Source: Nitrospinaceae bacterium (GTDB lineage Bacteria > Nitrospinota > Nitrospinia > Nitrospinales > Nitrospinaceae). Taken from it: DNA of 64,000 nucleotides. The notes under the pieces are model-generated. The model saw only the letters and a list, made by a program, of their open reading frames with translations. It searched no databases and had not been told where the DNA came from. Below, piece by piece: positions 25,377 through 35,374 of the stretch. Every line of letters begins with the position of its first letter. Within the stretch, counting starts at the first letter, position 1. The translations under genes were made by a program, and so were the position numbers. Location: the NCBI GenBank assembly GCA_965237905.1, contig OZ250172.1, forward strand, positions 2,848,001 to 2,912,000, read 5' to 3'.

Positions 25377-26351
25377 TCAGGCGGGATCGTTGTAGAGATG
25401 GCAGTCCACGGTATGTCCGGGGCTCAATTGAATGGTACGGGGGACTTCCGTTTTGCAGTGGTCCATCACTTTGGGGCACCGGGGATGGAAGTGGCATCCG
25501 GAGGGAGGGTTCATGGGGGAGGGCACATCGCCACCCAGAATAATACGTTGGTTCTTTTCCTTCGGGTTCAGCGAGGGTTTGGAAGCCAGCAGAGCCTGAG
25601 TATAAGGATGAGCGGCTTCGCGATTGAGAACATCCGTCGGCGCGGTTTCCACAATTTTTCCGAGGTACATCACCGCTGTTCGCTGAGACAGGTGCTTGAC
25701 CACGTTCAGGTCATGCGAAATGAACAGCATGGATATGTCGCTTTCCTCCTGTAGTTGTTGCAGGAGGTTGATGATCTGCGCCTGAATGGAAACGTCGAGC
25801 GCAGAGACCGGCTCATCGCACACGATGTATTTCGGGTTCAATGCCAAGGCCCGGGCAATGCCGATTCTCTGCCGCTGGCCGCCGGAAAATTCGTGGGGAT
25901 ACCGACGTGAATATTTTGGAGAAAGCCCCACTTTGTCCATAATCGCTTCAACTTTTTGTTTGAGTGTCGGGCGGTCGGCCATTTTATGGATGATCAACGC
26001 TTCGCCGATGATCCGCTCCACCGTGAACCGGGGGTTGAGTGAGCTGTAAGGATCCTGAAAGATGATCTGCATTTTTGGACGCAGGCGAGTCAACTCTGCC
26101 GAATCGAGATCAAAAATATTTTGTTCCTCGAAGTAAACCTTTCCTTCGGTGGGCTCCAGAAGGCGGATGCTCAACCGACCCACCGTGGTCTTGCCACAAC
26201 CGGACTCGCCGACAAGACCCAGTGTCTCTCCCGGTCCGATTTCCAGTGAAACGTCGTCGACGGCTTTTACTTGGTTTACGGTTTTGCCGAGTACGCCGCC
26301 CGTTACGGGAAAATATTTTTTGAGGGAATCGATTTTGACGACTGCGCTCAT
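25377..26351 (-). CDS. Oligopeptide/dipeptide ABC transporter ATPase (OppF/DppF-like)
   Basis: [26 protein letters not shown]-terminal GCHFHPRC; start 26351 overlaps the upstream stop (ATGA). Confidence 0.95.
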   Translation of the reverse strand: MSAVVKIDSLKKYFPVTGGVLGKTVNQVKAVDDVSLEIGPGETLGLVGESGCGKTTVGRLSIRLLEPTEGKVYFEEQNIFDLDSAELTRLRPKMQIIFQDPYSSLNPRFTVERIIGEALIIHKMADRPTLKQKVEAIMDKVGLSPKYSRRYPHEFSGGQRQRIGIARALALNPKYIVCDEPVSALDVSIQAQIINLLQQLQEESDISMLFISHDLNVVKHLSQRTAVMYLGKIVETAPTDVLNREAAHPYTQALLASKPSLNPKEKNQRIILGGDVPSPMNPPSGCHFHPRCPKVMDHCKTEVPRTIQLSPGHTVDCHLYNDPA

Positions 26352-27337
26352 GAGGAAGAAGCCTGTTTGGAGTCGCGGTACAACCAGCAGGCGACTTGCT
26401 GTTGGGATTGTTCGGTTTGGAACTTCGGCGGAATTTCCTGACGGCACTCGGGCATAACGTCCTTGCAACGAGGATGAAAGGCGCACCCGTCGGGGAGAAA
26501 CACCGGATTGGGAACCGTTCCTGGAATGGATTCCAGGGCCTCTCCCGGTTCGCCCCGGGGCAGAGAATTCAGGAGCCCCTGTGTGTAAGGGTGAGCGGGC
26601 GATTCAAACAACACTTCCACCGGCGCTTCTTCTACAATCTTCCCGGAATACATCACCGCCACCCGGTCGGCGTATTGGGCGACAATGCCCAGGTTGTGAG
26701 TGATCAGCAGAATCGCCATATCCGTATCGCGCCGCAATTGATCCATCAATTCGAGAATCTGCGCTTCAATCGTGACATCGAGTGCGGTGGTCGGTTCGTC
26801 CGCGATCAAAAGCGCCGGCTGGCAGGCAATGGCCATGGCGATCATCACGCGCTGTTTCATGCCGCCGGACAGTTCGTGCGGATATTGGTCGATCCGGCGT
26901 TCGGGGGAAGGGATCGCGACCTTACGCAACAGCTCCAGGGTGATCTCCCGCGCTTCTGCCTTGGTTTTCTTCTGGTGTAGGATGATGGATTCTGCAATCT
27001 GGTCGCCGATGGTGAAAATAGGATTGAGCGAAGTCATCGGTTCCTGAAAGATCATGCTGATATCGTTACCCCGCAACCGCTCCATCTGCTTTTCTGTTTG
27101 GGAGAAGATGTCTTTGCCGTCGAAAAGGATGTTGCCGGTTTCAAATTTTCCCGGCGGGGTGGGGACGAGTCTGAGGATGCTGAGGGCAGTGACCGATTTG
27201 CCGCAACCGGATTCCCCGACCAGCGCCAGGGTTTCTCCCCGGCGGATCTTTAAATCCACGTTGCGGACGGATTGGACGACGCCCTCTTCAATGTAAAAAA
27301 ACGTGCTGAGGTTCTGGATTTCGAGGAGAGAACTCAT
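26348..27337 (-). CDS. Oligopeptide/dipeptide ABC transporter ATPase (OppD/DppD-like)
   Basis: [33 protein letters not shown]. Confidence 0.95.
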   Translation of the reverse strand: MSSLLEIQNLSTFFYIEEGVVQSVRNVDLKIRRGETLALVGESGCGKSVTALSILRLVPTPPGKFETGNILFDGKDIFSQTEKQMERLRGNDISMIFQEPMTSLNPIFTIGDQIAESIILHQKKTKAEAREITLELLRKVAIPSPERRIDQYPHELSGGMKQRVMIAMAIACQPALLIADEPTTALDVTIEAQILELMDQLRRDTDMAILLITHNLGIVAQYADRVAVMYSGKIVEEAPVEVLFESPAHPYTQGLLNSLPRGEPGEALESIPGTVPNPVFLPDGCAFHPRCKDVMPECRQEIPPKFQTEQSQQQVACWLYRDSKQASSS

Positions 27338-27363
27338 TCGATGACCGGGGCCTCGGCAGTGGG

Positions 27364-28239
27364 TTATTGGGGGTCGTCGAAAATGTCCTCGTAACGGTAG
27401 TCTTCATCCTCTGAGTCAATATCGTAACGGGCCAGATGGGTGTTGACTTTTTCCGACCAGGCATCGATGCCGCCTTCGAGACATTTGACGTCGGTGAAGC
27501 CGCGCTCACCCAGCCACTTTTGAAAACTCGGCGCGCGGTCGCCTTTCCAGTCGATCAACACAACCTCCCGGTCTTTCGGAGTGGTATTCAGAACATTTTC
27601 GCAGTTGTCGCGGGTGATCAACGTTGCGCCTTCGATTTTGGCGATGTCGTGCTCCCACTTTTCCCGGATGTCGAGCAGAACCAGGTCGGTGCGCCCGGAT
27701 TCGATTTGCGATTTCAATTCTTCCGGGGTGATGGAGGGCGAAAGTTTGCCTCCCGCTTCCTGATTCAACAGAGACAGTACCTCACCAATTTTTTTGTCGT
27801 GTTTTTCGCAGACCGTGAAAATGGTCTCGTCCGGTTTGTATCCGGAAACGGGCATGCCGATGTGGAACTTTTTGAACAACAGGGTATGCACTTCCGGCAG
27901 TACCTTGTTGACCTCCGTCATCGAAGTGTCCGGATTGAATACGATGGGTTCCGCGCTTTCCTCCACCCGGACTTCGGTGATTTTTATAATATGGTAGCCG
28001 TAAGGGGTGTGCAGAGGGCCTAAGACGGCTCCCTGGCTGACTTCGGAAAGATCCCCCATGAGAGCTCCGGCGCTATCCTCGGGCATCCATCCCAGATCGC
28101 CGCCGTTTTTCTTGGACGGGCAGGTGCTATATTTTTCAACCACCTCGGTGAAAGGCGTTCCGGCGTCCAACTGCTTTTTGGCCGCCACCGCATCGTCGAT
28201 TTCATTGGTAAAAACCTGGCTGGCACGTACACTGATCAT
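27364..28239 (-). CDS. Parvulin-type PPIase fused to a small helical domain and a rhodanese-like domain
   Basis: YSTCPSKKNGGDLGW...TPYGYHII (parvulin); LLDIREKWE...LEGGIDAW (rhodanese). Confidence 0.88.
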   Translation of the reverse strand: MISVRASQVFTNEIDDAVAAKKQLDAGTPFTEVVEKYSTCPSKKNGGDLGWMPEDSAGALMGDLSEVSQGAVLGPLHTPYGYHIIKITEVRVEESAEPIVFNPDTSMTEVNKVLPEVHTLLFKKFHIGMPVSGYKPDETIFTVCEKHDKKIGEVLSLLNQEAGGKLSPSITPEELKSQIESGRTDLVLLDIREKWEHDIAKIEGATLITRDNCENVLNTTPKDREVVLIDWKGDRAPSFQKWLGERGFTDVKCLEGGIDAWSEKVNTHLARYDIDSEDEDYRYEDIFDDPQ

Positions 28240-28488
28240 GACTGTCTGACTCCTTTGGTTAAAGCTGCGAATGGCAACATCATATAATGACTGGGTTTAG
28301 GATTCAATAGATTAGGTGAAGATTCCCAGTTTTAGTCCGCCGGGCCACACACACCCAGCCAGCGCAACGCTGGGCATATATTCCCTCTCCCTTCATAGGG
28401 AGAGAGGGGGGGAACGGTGGATTTGTTCTGGTTTCGTTGAAGAGATTTGGGAGAAGTGCTATATAAGGTAAGGAGTGTCGAAGAATAA

Positions 28489-28565
28489 GCCCCCGTAGCT
28501 CAGCTGGATAGAGCATCGGATTCCTAATCCGGGGGTCGTGCGTTCGAATCGCGCCGGGGGCACCA
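28489..28565 (+). tRNA. tRNA-Arg (anticodon CCT)
   Basis: 77 nt GCCCCCG...CGGGGGC-ACCA; D-arm GCTCAGCTGGATAGAGC; anticodon arm TCGGA-TTCCTAA-TCCGG; T-loop GTTCGAATC. Confidence 0.97.
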
Positions 28566-28682
28566 TATAAACTTTGGAGGATCTACCGCAGCATTGTTCC
28601 AGGCAAGCGCCGGGGAGGGTGGAATTAGAACACAGCGATTGTAACCGGGAATAACTTCCATCTATAGAGACGGGTCAAGATT

Positions 28683-29042
28683 TTAGCTGATACTACCACT
28701 CGCGTTTATAACGTATGAATTGCCCGAGTCAGCATGAGAGGCGGTACCACTAAAGGCAATTTCTCCACCTGCGGCCACAATAGTGATCTTGCTGGATTGT
28801 ATATATCCATAGGTTGTGGTACCGGCGATGGGCACCGTACAAGCGTTGAAAGAACCTTCATCTGACCAATAGCTTTTACAAGCTAAAAAGACGTTGTGTA
28901 AGTTGGATTTGGTATCGGCATCATAGGCACGACCTTTATATTGTGTATAAACGGGGAGAGCAATAGCTGCCAAAATCCCAATGATAGCTATAACGATTAA
29001 TAGCTCTATGAGAGTAAATCCCTTTTTATTCTCTAATGTCAT
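28683..29042 (-). CDS. Type IVa pilin
   Basis: [25 protein letters not shown] prepilin motif with E5; start MTLENKK at 29042. Confidence 0.95.
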   Translation of the reverse strand: MTLENKKGFTLIELLIVIAIIGILAAIALPVYTQYKGRAYDADTKSNLHNVFLACKSYWSDEGSFNACTVPIAGTTTYGYIQSSKITIVAAGGEIAFSGTASHADSGNSYVINASGSIS

Positions 29043-29080
29043 TTCAGTCTCCGTTAACGTTGCCCAACCTGTGATAAACA

Positions 29081-29097
29081 AGCAAATGCTGTGCCTA
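29081..29097 (-). promoter_or_regulatory. sigma54 promoter of the pilin gene
   Basis: Minus strand TAGGCAC-AGCAT-TTGCT about 40 bp before the ATG; pilA genes are often RpoN-dependent. Confidence 0.75.
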
Positions 29098-29447
29098 ATT
29101 GGTGTCTAAATAGTTGAAATATATAGAGCCCTAGTGAATGTAACTGTATGAGAGTACTTCAGCATTGAAAAATAGACATCTGCTCGTGTGCCGCGTTGAA
29201 ACTTTATTTTTGAAATAAAGCAGCAAGTTTTTTAGATAGCGCACTGCTTCATTTAAAATCAAAAAAAGGATGATTTTTGATACAAACAGTGTCGCTTATT
29301 TCATACAAAATAATCAGACCAAAAGGTCTGAAGATGGTTCGGTTAGGGGATACACTAGAGGGCAGGAATTAGATAGTGGAGCGCTAAAATGGAAAGTGAT
29401 ACAACAACCGGGGGCGGACCTCACAATTCATCAACGAATGGAAAATT

Positions 29448-29585
29448 ATGGACGACACTGGCAAAGAGGAACCGAGAGAACCGCGCAGGGAAAACCCGAT
29501 CTTTACCATCTGGGTGCATACTGGCTACGCCGTCCTGATCCTTTCCATGATCGCGTGGATGGTCTACATGGAATTTTTTATGTGA
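29448..29585 (+). CDS. Small 45-aa single-pass membrane protein (not in the ORF track)
   Basis: MDDTGKEEPREPRRENPIFTIWVHTGYAVLILSMIAWMVYMEFFM*: charged N-terminus then a hydrophobic helix. Confidence 0.55.
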   Translation: MDDTGKEEPREPRRENPIFTIWVHTGYAVLILSMIAWMVYMEFFM

Positions 29586-29626
29586 AGGCTGTTAAAAAGG
29601 GGAGCAGAATCCTCATCGGTGGTTAA

Positions 29627-31468
29627 TTATAAATTAGAATTGTGAGGCAATGCTAAATTTAGATATTTGCCGCGTTCGCCGTACACCAGGCGCTGGTCTT
29701 CCAGGTCTTTTAAGATGGTTTCCAGCTCGGTGGCCTTGATGGGTTGGCCCTGTTCTTTCAGGTGCGCCTGTATCTGATCTAAATTCCGGGGCGCCTCGTT
29801 GCAGAACGCGAAGGCTTTTCCCGCCGCACCTTCCAGCCGCAGTTTCACCGGATGCTCCGCCGACCGCTCGTCGTACACGGTGACAAAATCCATCGACTTG
29901 GTGAACATAAGATAGGGAAGGTTCTCGGATTGGTGTCGTTCTTTCCAATGGCCTACGGTCTGGTGGAGTTCCTCGACGAGGGCCGGGTCGATTTTCAGGT
30001 CCGACTCGAATTCAAAATCGTACGCCACTTTCATGAGGTCGATCGTATCGCCGTCATACACATAAGGGTACGCCACGCCGGGACCGGTGATGCGGATGCC
30101 GTACTGGTCGGGCCGCGTGAAGTAGGGGCTGAACCGTTCCAGCCAGATGTCACCGACAGAGATCGGCGGTTGCAGGTGGGTGAGTGATTTGATCAGGTCG
30201 ATCTGCTGGCGGTAGTCCGCATCCGTCTCCAGCGGGAAGCCGGTCAGTATGCTCCAGGTGACTTCCATGCCGTAATACATTGCCCACTTCAGGCAGAACA
30301 CATTTTGTAAGGGGCGCACGCCCTTGTCCATTTCCTGCAGTTGGTTGGTGCTGAAACTTTCGATGCCGGGCTGGATCACGTTGACACCGCCGTGGGCCAG
30401 ATTCTTGATTTGCGCTTTGGTGAGGTTGCTCTTCACCTCGATGAAAAATTGCAGATCGTAATTGTTCTGCGCGAACTCCCCGAACACGCCGTCGATATAT
30501 TTCATTTCCAGGATGTTGTCCACCAGCCGGAAGCGGTAGCTGTTGTAGCGTTTGGACAGGTCGGCCAGATCGGCGTGGACCTGTTCCATGGACCGCGCCC
30601 GGAACTCCATGGTCGAGGCGTTGAGGCCACAAAAAGTACAGTGATGCTTCTCCCCCCACCAGCAACCCCGCGCGGTTTCGTAGAGGATGATCGGATTCTC
30701 CAGCAGGGGGGAATGCGGATCGATCTCCTTGATCTGTTCCATATAATCATCATAATCCGGCGGGCCGTACTTCTTGAAGTCGGTGAAATTCTCCTGGCTC
30801 TCCTCGAAACGGATGTCACCGTCCACCCGGTGAATCACGCCTTGGGGAATCGGACCGCCCGACTCCAGCGCTTCCATCAATGCCGGGAGAGAGTCCTCCG
30901 CTTCGCCGGAGATAACGTAATCGATCCACTCGAACACGCGGAAATATTCGAGACCCATTTCCGAGTCGAAGTTGGACCCGCCGAACAGGATCTTAATGGA
31001 AGGGTATTTTTCCTTGATCAATTTCGCCAGGGTGACGCTGGCGATGTTCTGATTGAAGGTTGAGGTGAAGCCGACCGCCCCGTATTCCCCCCAATTTACA
31101 GACTCCAGGGCCCACTGGAGAAATTCCGGAACCATTTGGGTTTTGACGTCGTGTAGGAATGACTCCGGCCGGTTGATGGTGTGGCTGATGCTTTGGAGAT
31201 GGGATTTGAAATGCTCCGCGTACTCCTGGTTCTTCCGGGATTCGCCGAACAGCGTGTGGGAGAACAGCCATTCGCCGATCAGAAACCGCTCCTCGCACAA
31301 TTTGTTGTAGACCTCCATATCGATCTGGTGGGCGAAGTGGAGGTTCAGGTAAAAGCTTTTCACCTCGTGGCCGTGCGTTTTCAGCAGGGTCGAAAGCGTC
31401 CCTAACTGAATGGACGGATACACATGAAAGCCGAACGGCATGTTGACTAATGCGACTTTAGAAGGCAT
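29627..31468 (-). CDS. Cobalamin-dependent radical SAM RiPP-maturation methyltransferase (TIGR03975/PoyC-like)
   Basis: N-terminal B12-binding domain (GFTSTFNQN, FGGSN, SGEAE); ETARGCWWGEKHHCTFCGLN CX7CX2C; QPGIESFS; ERFSP. Confidence 0.9.
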   Translation of the reverse strand: MPSKVALVNMPFGFHVYPSIQLGTLSTLLKTHGHEVKSFYLNLHFAHQIDMEVYNKLCEERFLIGEWLFSHTLFGESRKNQEYAEHFKSHLQSISHTINRPESFLHDVKTQMVPEFLQWALESVNWGEYGAVGFTSTFNQNIASVTLAKLIKEKYPSIKILFGGSNFDSEMGLEYFRVFEWIDYVISGEAEDSLPALMEALESGGPIPQGVIHRVDGDIRFEESQENFTDFKKYGPPDYDDYMEQIKEIDPHSPLLENPIILYETARGCWWGEKHHCTFCGLNASTMEFRARSMEQVHADLADLSKRYNSYRFRLVDNILEMKYIDGVFGEFAQNNYDLQFFIEVKSNLTKAQIKNLAHGGVNVIQPGIESFSTNQLQEMDKGVRPLQNVFCLKWAMYYGMEVTWSILTGFPLETDADYRQQIDLIKSLTHLQPPISVGDIWLERFSPYFTRPDQYGIRITGPGVAYPYVYDGDTIDLMKVAYDFEFESDLKIDPALVEELHQTVGHWKERHQSENLPYLMFTKSMDFVTVYDERSAEHPVKLRLEGAAGKAFAFCNEAPRNLDQIQAHLKEQGQPIKATELETILKDLEDQRLVYGERGKYLNLALPHNSNL

Positions 31469-31676
31469 GGCGCCATCTTATCAATTCATATAGGGCAATT
31501 CACCCGAAAAGTGGGTAGAGCCAGCTTTGTGGTGGGCGGGTCTGAGGCCTCACCAGCAAGTTTGGGCCGGTCAGAGATCGGGAGGAGGGGGGACTTTTCT
31601 TTACAAAGGGTAGGGCGCACTCTAAAATAATAATAAGAACGGCCTATACAGGCAGTCGAACTGACGGGAGGTAATC

Positions 31677-32072
31677 ATGAATAAGCAAAGATATTGCGTT
31701 TCTGTATTAGTAGCGTTTGCTTTTGTGTTTTTATATGAGTTTCTCGTTCACGGTTTTCTGTTAAAGGATCTCTATACGCAAACAAAGGAAATGTGGCGCC
31801 CTGAAGGAGAAGGCAATATGCTCTTCTTGTTCGCGAGTCAGCTGGGTTTCGCTGCTGTTGCAGCATATATTTTTACCCTGCATTACGAGGGCAAGGGTAT
31901 CGGGGAAGGGGTTCGCTTTGGTTTATATATAGGGATGCTCATTGGATCAATCGAAATAGGGACCTATTGTTATATGCCTATCCCCATGGTGCTGATGCTC
32001 AGCTGGGTATTGGCTTCTCTGTTGAAAGGTCTGGGTACCGGAATAGTTTTGTCGTTAATCTACAAGCGATGA
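31677..32072 (+). CDS. Small multi-pass membrane protein (DUF1761-like)
   Basis: Four hydrophobic segments; strong GGGAGGT RBS. Confidence 0.75.
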   Translation: MNKQRYCVSVLVAFAFVFLYEFLVHGFLLKDLYTQTKEMWRPEGEGNMLFLFASQLGFAAVAAYIFTLHYEGKGIGEGVRFGLYIGMLIGSIEIGTYCYMPIPMVLMLSWVLASLLKGLGTGIVLSLIYKR

Positions 32073-32139
32073 TTCGTTATAACTCAGGTTAGCGGACTCG
32101 ATCATAAACTTGCATTTTTGAAACCAATGGGGACAATTT

Positions 32140-32514
32140 ATGAAAAAGTTATTCGCCTGTATTGCGGCAATGTTGTTTTTGGCGGCCTGCGATTCCTCTT
32201 CGCAAAGAGAGACGGTTGTCTTTTCCGAACCTCTGCCGGACTCGGAAGGTGAGCAGTTGTATCTGGATATGAAATGCCCCACCTGCCACGGGTATCAGGG
32301 AGCCGGGGACGGATTTCTATCGGTCGGCCTGCAGCCGAGACCCGTGGACTTTTCTTCTGCTGAGGTCATGGCCACCCTTTCCGATGACCAATTGAAGGAA
32401 GCGATTTACACAGGCAAAAATACAGGTATGCCGGGCTACCCTCAGTTCACCGACCATCAGATTACGGAATTGGTCCAGTATATCCGTTCCCTGTCGCAAC
32501 CCCCTTCTAATTAG
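32140..32514 (+). CDS. Monoheme cytochrome c lipoprotein
   Basis: Lipobox LAAC, CPTCH heme motif, GxGDG...PRPVDF, distal MP. Confidence 0.92.
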   Translation: MKKLFACIAAMLFLAACDSSSQRETVVFSEPLPDSEGEQLYLDMKCPTCHGYQGAGDGFLSVGLQPRPVDFSSAEVMATLSDDQLKEAIYTGKNTGMPGYPQFTDHQITELVQYIRSLSQPPSN

Positions 32515-32520
32515 GACACG

Positions 32521-32551
32521 GTGTCGTACTTCGACAGGCTCAGTATGACAC
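32521..32551. repeat. REP-like palindromic element
   Basis: GTGTCGTACT-TCGACAGGCTC-AGTATGACAC imperfect inverted repeat containing CTTCGACAGGCTCAG. Confidence 0.45.
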
Positions 32552-32717
32552 CGGAGGTATAGCCGGGAAAGCCGAATTCCCTCCGGGCGTGGTCCGGGCG
32601 GTTTTTTCTTTGGATTTGCGGTACAATGAAGTATAATCAACGGTTTTTGTTGAATCCTCTCCTTGGCTTCTCCAAAGCACACCGACACATTTATTTATCG
32701 AGGAATACCCCACAATT

Positions 32718-34541
32718 ATGAGTAGTGAATTGATTCGTAACATTGGCATCATTGCGCATGTCGACCACGGCAAGACCACACTGGTGGACTGTCTTCTCAA
32801 ACAGGGCGGTACGTTCCGCGACGACAAGGTGATGGAGACCTGCGTGATGGACAGCAACGATTTGGAACGCGAGCGCGGCATTACCATCTTTTCCAAAAAC
32901 GCCTCCATCCATTATCAAAAATATAAAATCAATATCGTGGATACCCCGGGCCATGCCGATTTCGGCGGCGAAGTGGAACGTATCCTGAAAATGGTCAATG
33001 GCGTTCTGCTGATCGTCGATGCCGCCGAAGGACCGATGCCGCAGACCCGGTTCGTCCTCAAAAAATCGCTCGACCTGGGACTCAAGCCCATCGTGGTGAT
33101 CAACAAAATTGACCGCCCTGGTGCCGATCCTGTGAAAGCACTCAATGAGGTATTCGATCTGTTTGTGAACCTGGGCGCGAGCGACGAGCAATTGGATTTT
33201 TCTACCATTTATACTTCTGCCAAGCAGGGGTTCTGCCGTTTGGAGCCGGAAGGTGAGAATCAGGACATGAAGCCTCTGCTCGATCTCATTGTCCAAAAAG
33301 TGGAGCCGCATGCCGGCGACCCGGAAGGCGCGTTTCAAATGCTGGTGTCTTCCATCGATTACAGCGATTACGTGGGGCGTATCGCCATCGGCAAAATTCA
33401 ACGCGGTACTTACAATTCGAAGAAGCAATACACGCTGATCAACCGGGCGGGCGACATGCAGGAATTCAAGATTACCAAACTGTTTACCTACGAGGGGCTG
33501 GAGCAGGTGGAGGCGGAAGTCGCATCGACCGGCGATATCATCGGCGTTGCCGGGATGAAAGAGGTGGACATCGGTGAGACCATTGCCGACAGCGAATATC
33601 CCGAAGCTCTACCGGTGATCGAAATTGACGAACCGACGTTGTCTATCAATTTTATCGTGAACGATTCTCCATTCGCGGGCCGGGAGGGGAAGTTTGTCAC
33701 CTCACGACAATTGCGTGACCGGCTGTTCAAGGAAATCAAAAAAAATGTTGCCCTCCGGGTCGAGGAGACCGGCGGCGGGGACGCGTTCAAGGTTTCCGGG
33801 CGGGGTGAGCTTCATCTGGGTATCCTGATCGAAACCATGCGCCGGGAGGGCTATGAGTTTGCCGTGTCTCGACCGGAAGTGGTGATGAAGGAAGTCGATG
33901 GTAAAACCCTGGAGCCCGAGGAGTTCGTTATCATTGACGTGGACGAAGCTTATATGGGACCGGTGATGGAGGCAATGGGACAACGCAAAGGCACTATGAA
34001 GAATATGCTGCACTCCGGATCCGATATGGTTCGTCTGGAATTTGTGATTCCTACCCGGGGACTGTTCGGTTTCCGTTCGCAATTGTTGACTCTGACCAAG
34101 GGAACCGGGACGTTGAATAGCAGTTTCCACAACTACATCCCTTATTGCGGTGCCTTGGCGCGTCGTATCAATGGAGTTCTGATTTCCCTCGAAGGCGGGA
34201 AAACCACCGGCTATTCCATCTACAACCTGGAAGACCGGGGGACGATGTTCATGGGGCCGGGGGAAGAGGTCTACACGGGAATGATTATCGGAGAGAATAA
34301 AAAAGACAGCGATCTGGTGGTCAATGTTTGCAAGGGCAAAAAGCTGACCAACATGAGGACCTCCGGTTCCGACGACACCATCAGCCTTACGCCACCGCGC
34401 CGAATGAGCCTGGAGCAGATTCTGGGTTATCTGAATCATGACGAGTTGGCCGAAATCACCCCTGCCAGTATTCGCCTGCGCAAAAAACTGCTGGATGAAA
34501 ACGCCCGAAAACGAGATTCTAAAAAGCAGAGTGTTTCCTGA
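32718..34541 (+). CDS. typA: Translational GTPase TypA/BipA
   Basis: [47 protein letters not shown]. Confidence 0.98.
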   Translation: MSSELIRNIGIIAHVDHGKTTLVDCLLKQGGTFRDDKVMETCVMDSNDLERERGITIFSKNASIHYQKYKINIVDTPGHADFGGEVERILKMVNGVLLIVDAAEGPMPQTRFVLKKSLDLGLKPIVVINKIDRPGADPVKALNEVFDLFVNLGASDEQLDFSTIYTSAKQGFCRLEPEGENQDMKPLLDLIVQKVEPHAGDPEGAFQMLVSSIDYSDYVGRIAIGKIQRGTYNSKKQYTLINRAGDMQEFKITKLFTYEGLEQVEAEVASTGDIIGVAGMKEVDIGETIADSEYPEALPVIEIDEPTLSINFIVNDSPFAGREGKFVTSRQLRDRLFKEIKKNVALRVEETGGGDAFKVSGRGELHLGILIETMRREGYEFAVSRPEVVMKEVDGKTLEPEEFVIIDVDEAYMGPVMEAMGQRKGTMKNMLHSGSDMVRLEFVIPTRGLFGFRSQLLTLTKGTGTLNSSFHNYIPYCGALARRINGVLISLEGGKTTGYSIYNLEDRGTMFMGPGEEVYTGMIIGENKKDSDLVVNVCKGKKLTNMRTSGSDDTISLTPPRRMSLEQILGYLNHDELAEITPASIRLRKKLLDENARKRDSKKQSVS

Positions 34542-34565
34542 CTTTTAGTTCCCGCTTACCTGCGC

Positions 34566-35042
34566 CTAATTAAGATTTTCCGAATACTGGGCAGGAACCG
34601 AGAACATATTAGAAGGACTCTCATAAAACGTCTCGTTGCCATTGACCCCGTCCTCGTTCGCGTCTTTATACATCAAATCCCAGGTGCCGTCTTCGTTGAC
34701 GTCAAACGCGTAAAATAAGGCTTTCTCGGAAATCACGTAGATCTGATTGGCCGGTCCGTAATTGACATAGAAAACCGGTGCACCTTTGTAAAGACCAGGC
34801 AATTGCTTCAGCGGTTCGCTGGTCAAATAGGTTTTGACAACAAAATGGACGGTATGGTAATCGGCCCGGCCGTTGTGGTCGAGGTCGAAGCTGATATAGA
34901 GTAGTCCATTGCCTTTTAAGTTCCAGGCAGTTTTGTTTTCCAGCGGGGGATCAACGAGAGGAAGATTAGGGAATCCCATTCCCAGACTCGGGAGCAGTAA
35001 AAGAATTGCCAGCAGGACGGCTTTGGTGATCAGGTGTTTCAT
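34566..35042 (-). CDS. Secreted hypothetical protein with DxDxDG-type Ca-binding loops
   Basis: Signal peptide; DLDHNGRAD, DVNEDGTWD, DANEDG; AGAGGAGG RBS; start 35042 or 35051. Confidence 0.75.
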   Translation of the reverse strand: MKHLITKAVLLAILLLLPSLGMGFPNLPLVDPPLENKTAWNLKGNGLLYISFDLDHNGRADYHTVHFVVKTYLTSEPLKQLPGLYKGAPVFYVNYGPANQIYVISEKALFYAFDVNEDGTWDLMYKDANEDGVNGNETFYESPSNMFSVPAQYSENLN

Positions 35043-35189
35043 GACGAACACCTCCTCTTTTTTTGCGGCAATCAGTCCAAGAAGATTTGCCGCTTATCCG
35101 GACTCGCTGTTGCCAGCCCCTCGGTCCGGATTCAATGAAGAATTCAGTCTCATTCGAGTTGAATTCAAATGTACCCTCAACCTGATACA

Positions 35190-35331
35190 TTCAAGTCCTG
35201 TGCCATTTTAAGCCTCAAAAATACAAAGCCTTTGTTTTGAATAAGTTATTAGATTTACCTTAAAATAACGGGCTTTCTGAATGTGCCAATTTTGAGCCAT
35301 TTAGGTCGAATTTTGTCCATTTCTTGGACAA
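35190..35331 (-). promoter_or_regulatory. Candidate sigma54 promoter plus enhancer palindrome
   Basis: Minus strand TGGCAC-AGGAC-TTGA at 35191-35205; perfect TTGTCCA-N5-TGGACAA at 35313-35331. Confidence 0.55.
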
Positions 35332-35374
35332 GAATTACAGAAGAATTCCCACTTTTATAATGATTTTGGGAGGC

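Noticed and set aside
29270..29626. 118-aa ORF
   Set aside because: No recognisable features or RBS; the overlapping 45-aa TM ORF is more plausible.
28489..31468. Genomic island integrated at tRNA-Arg
   Set aside because: No integrase and no duplicated tRNA 3' end seen in the window; the compositional shift is only an impression.
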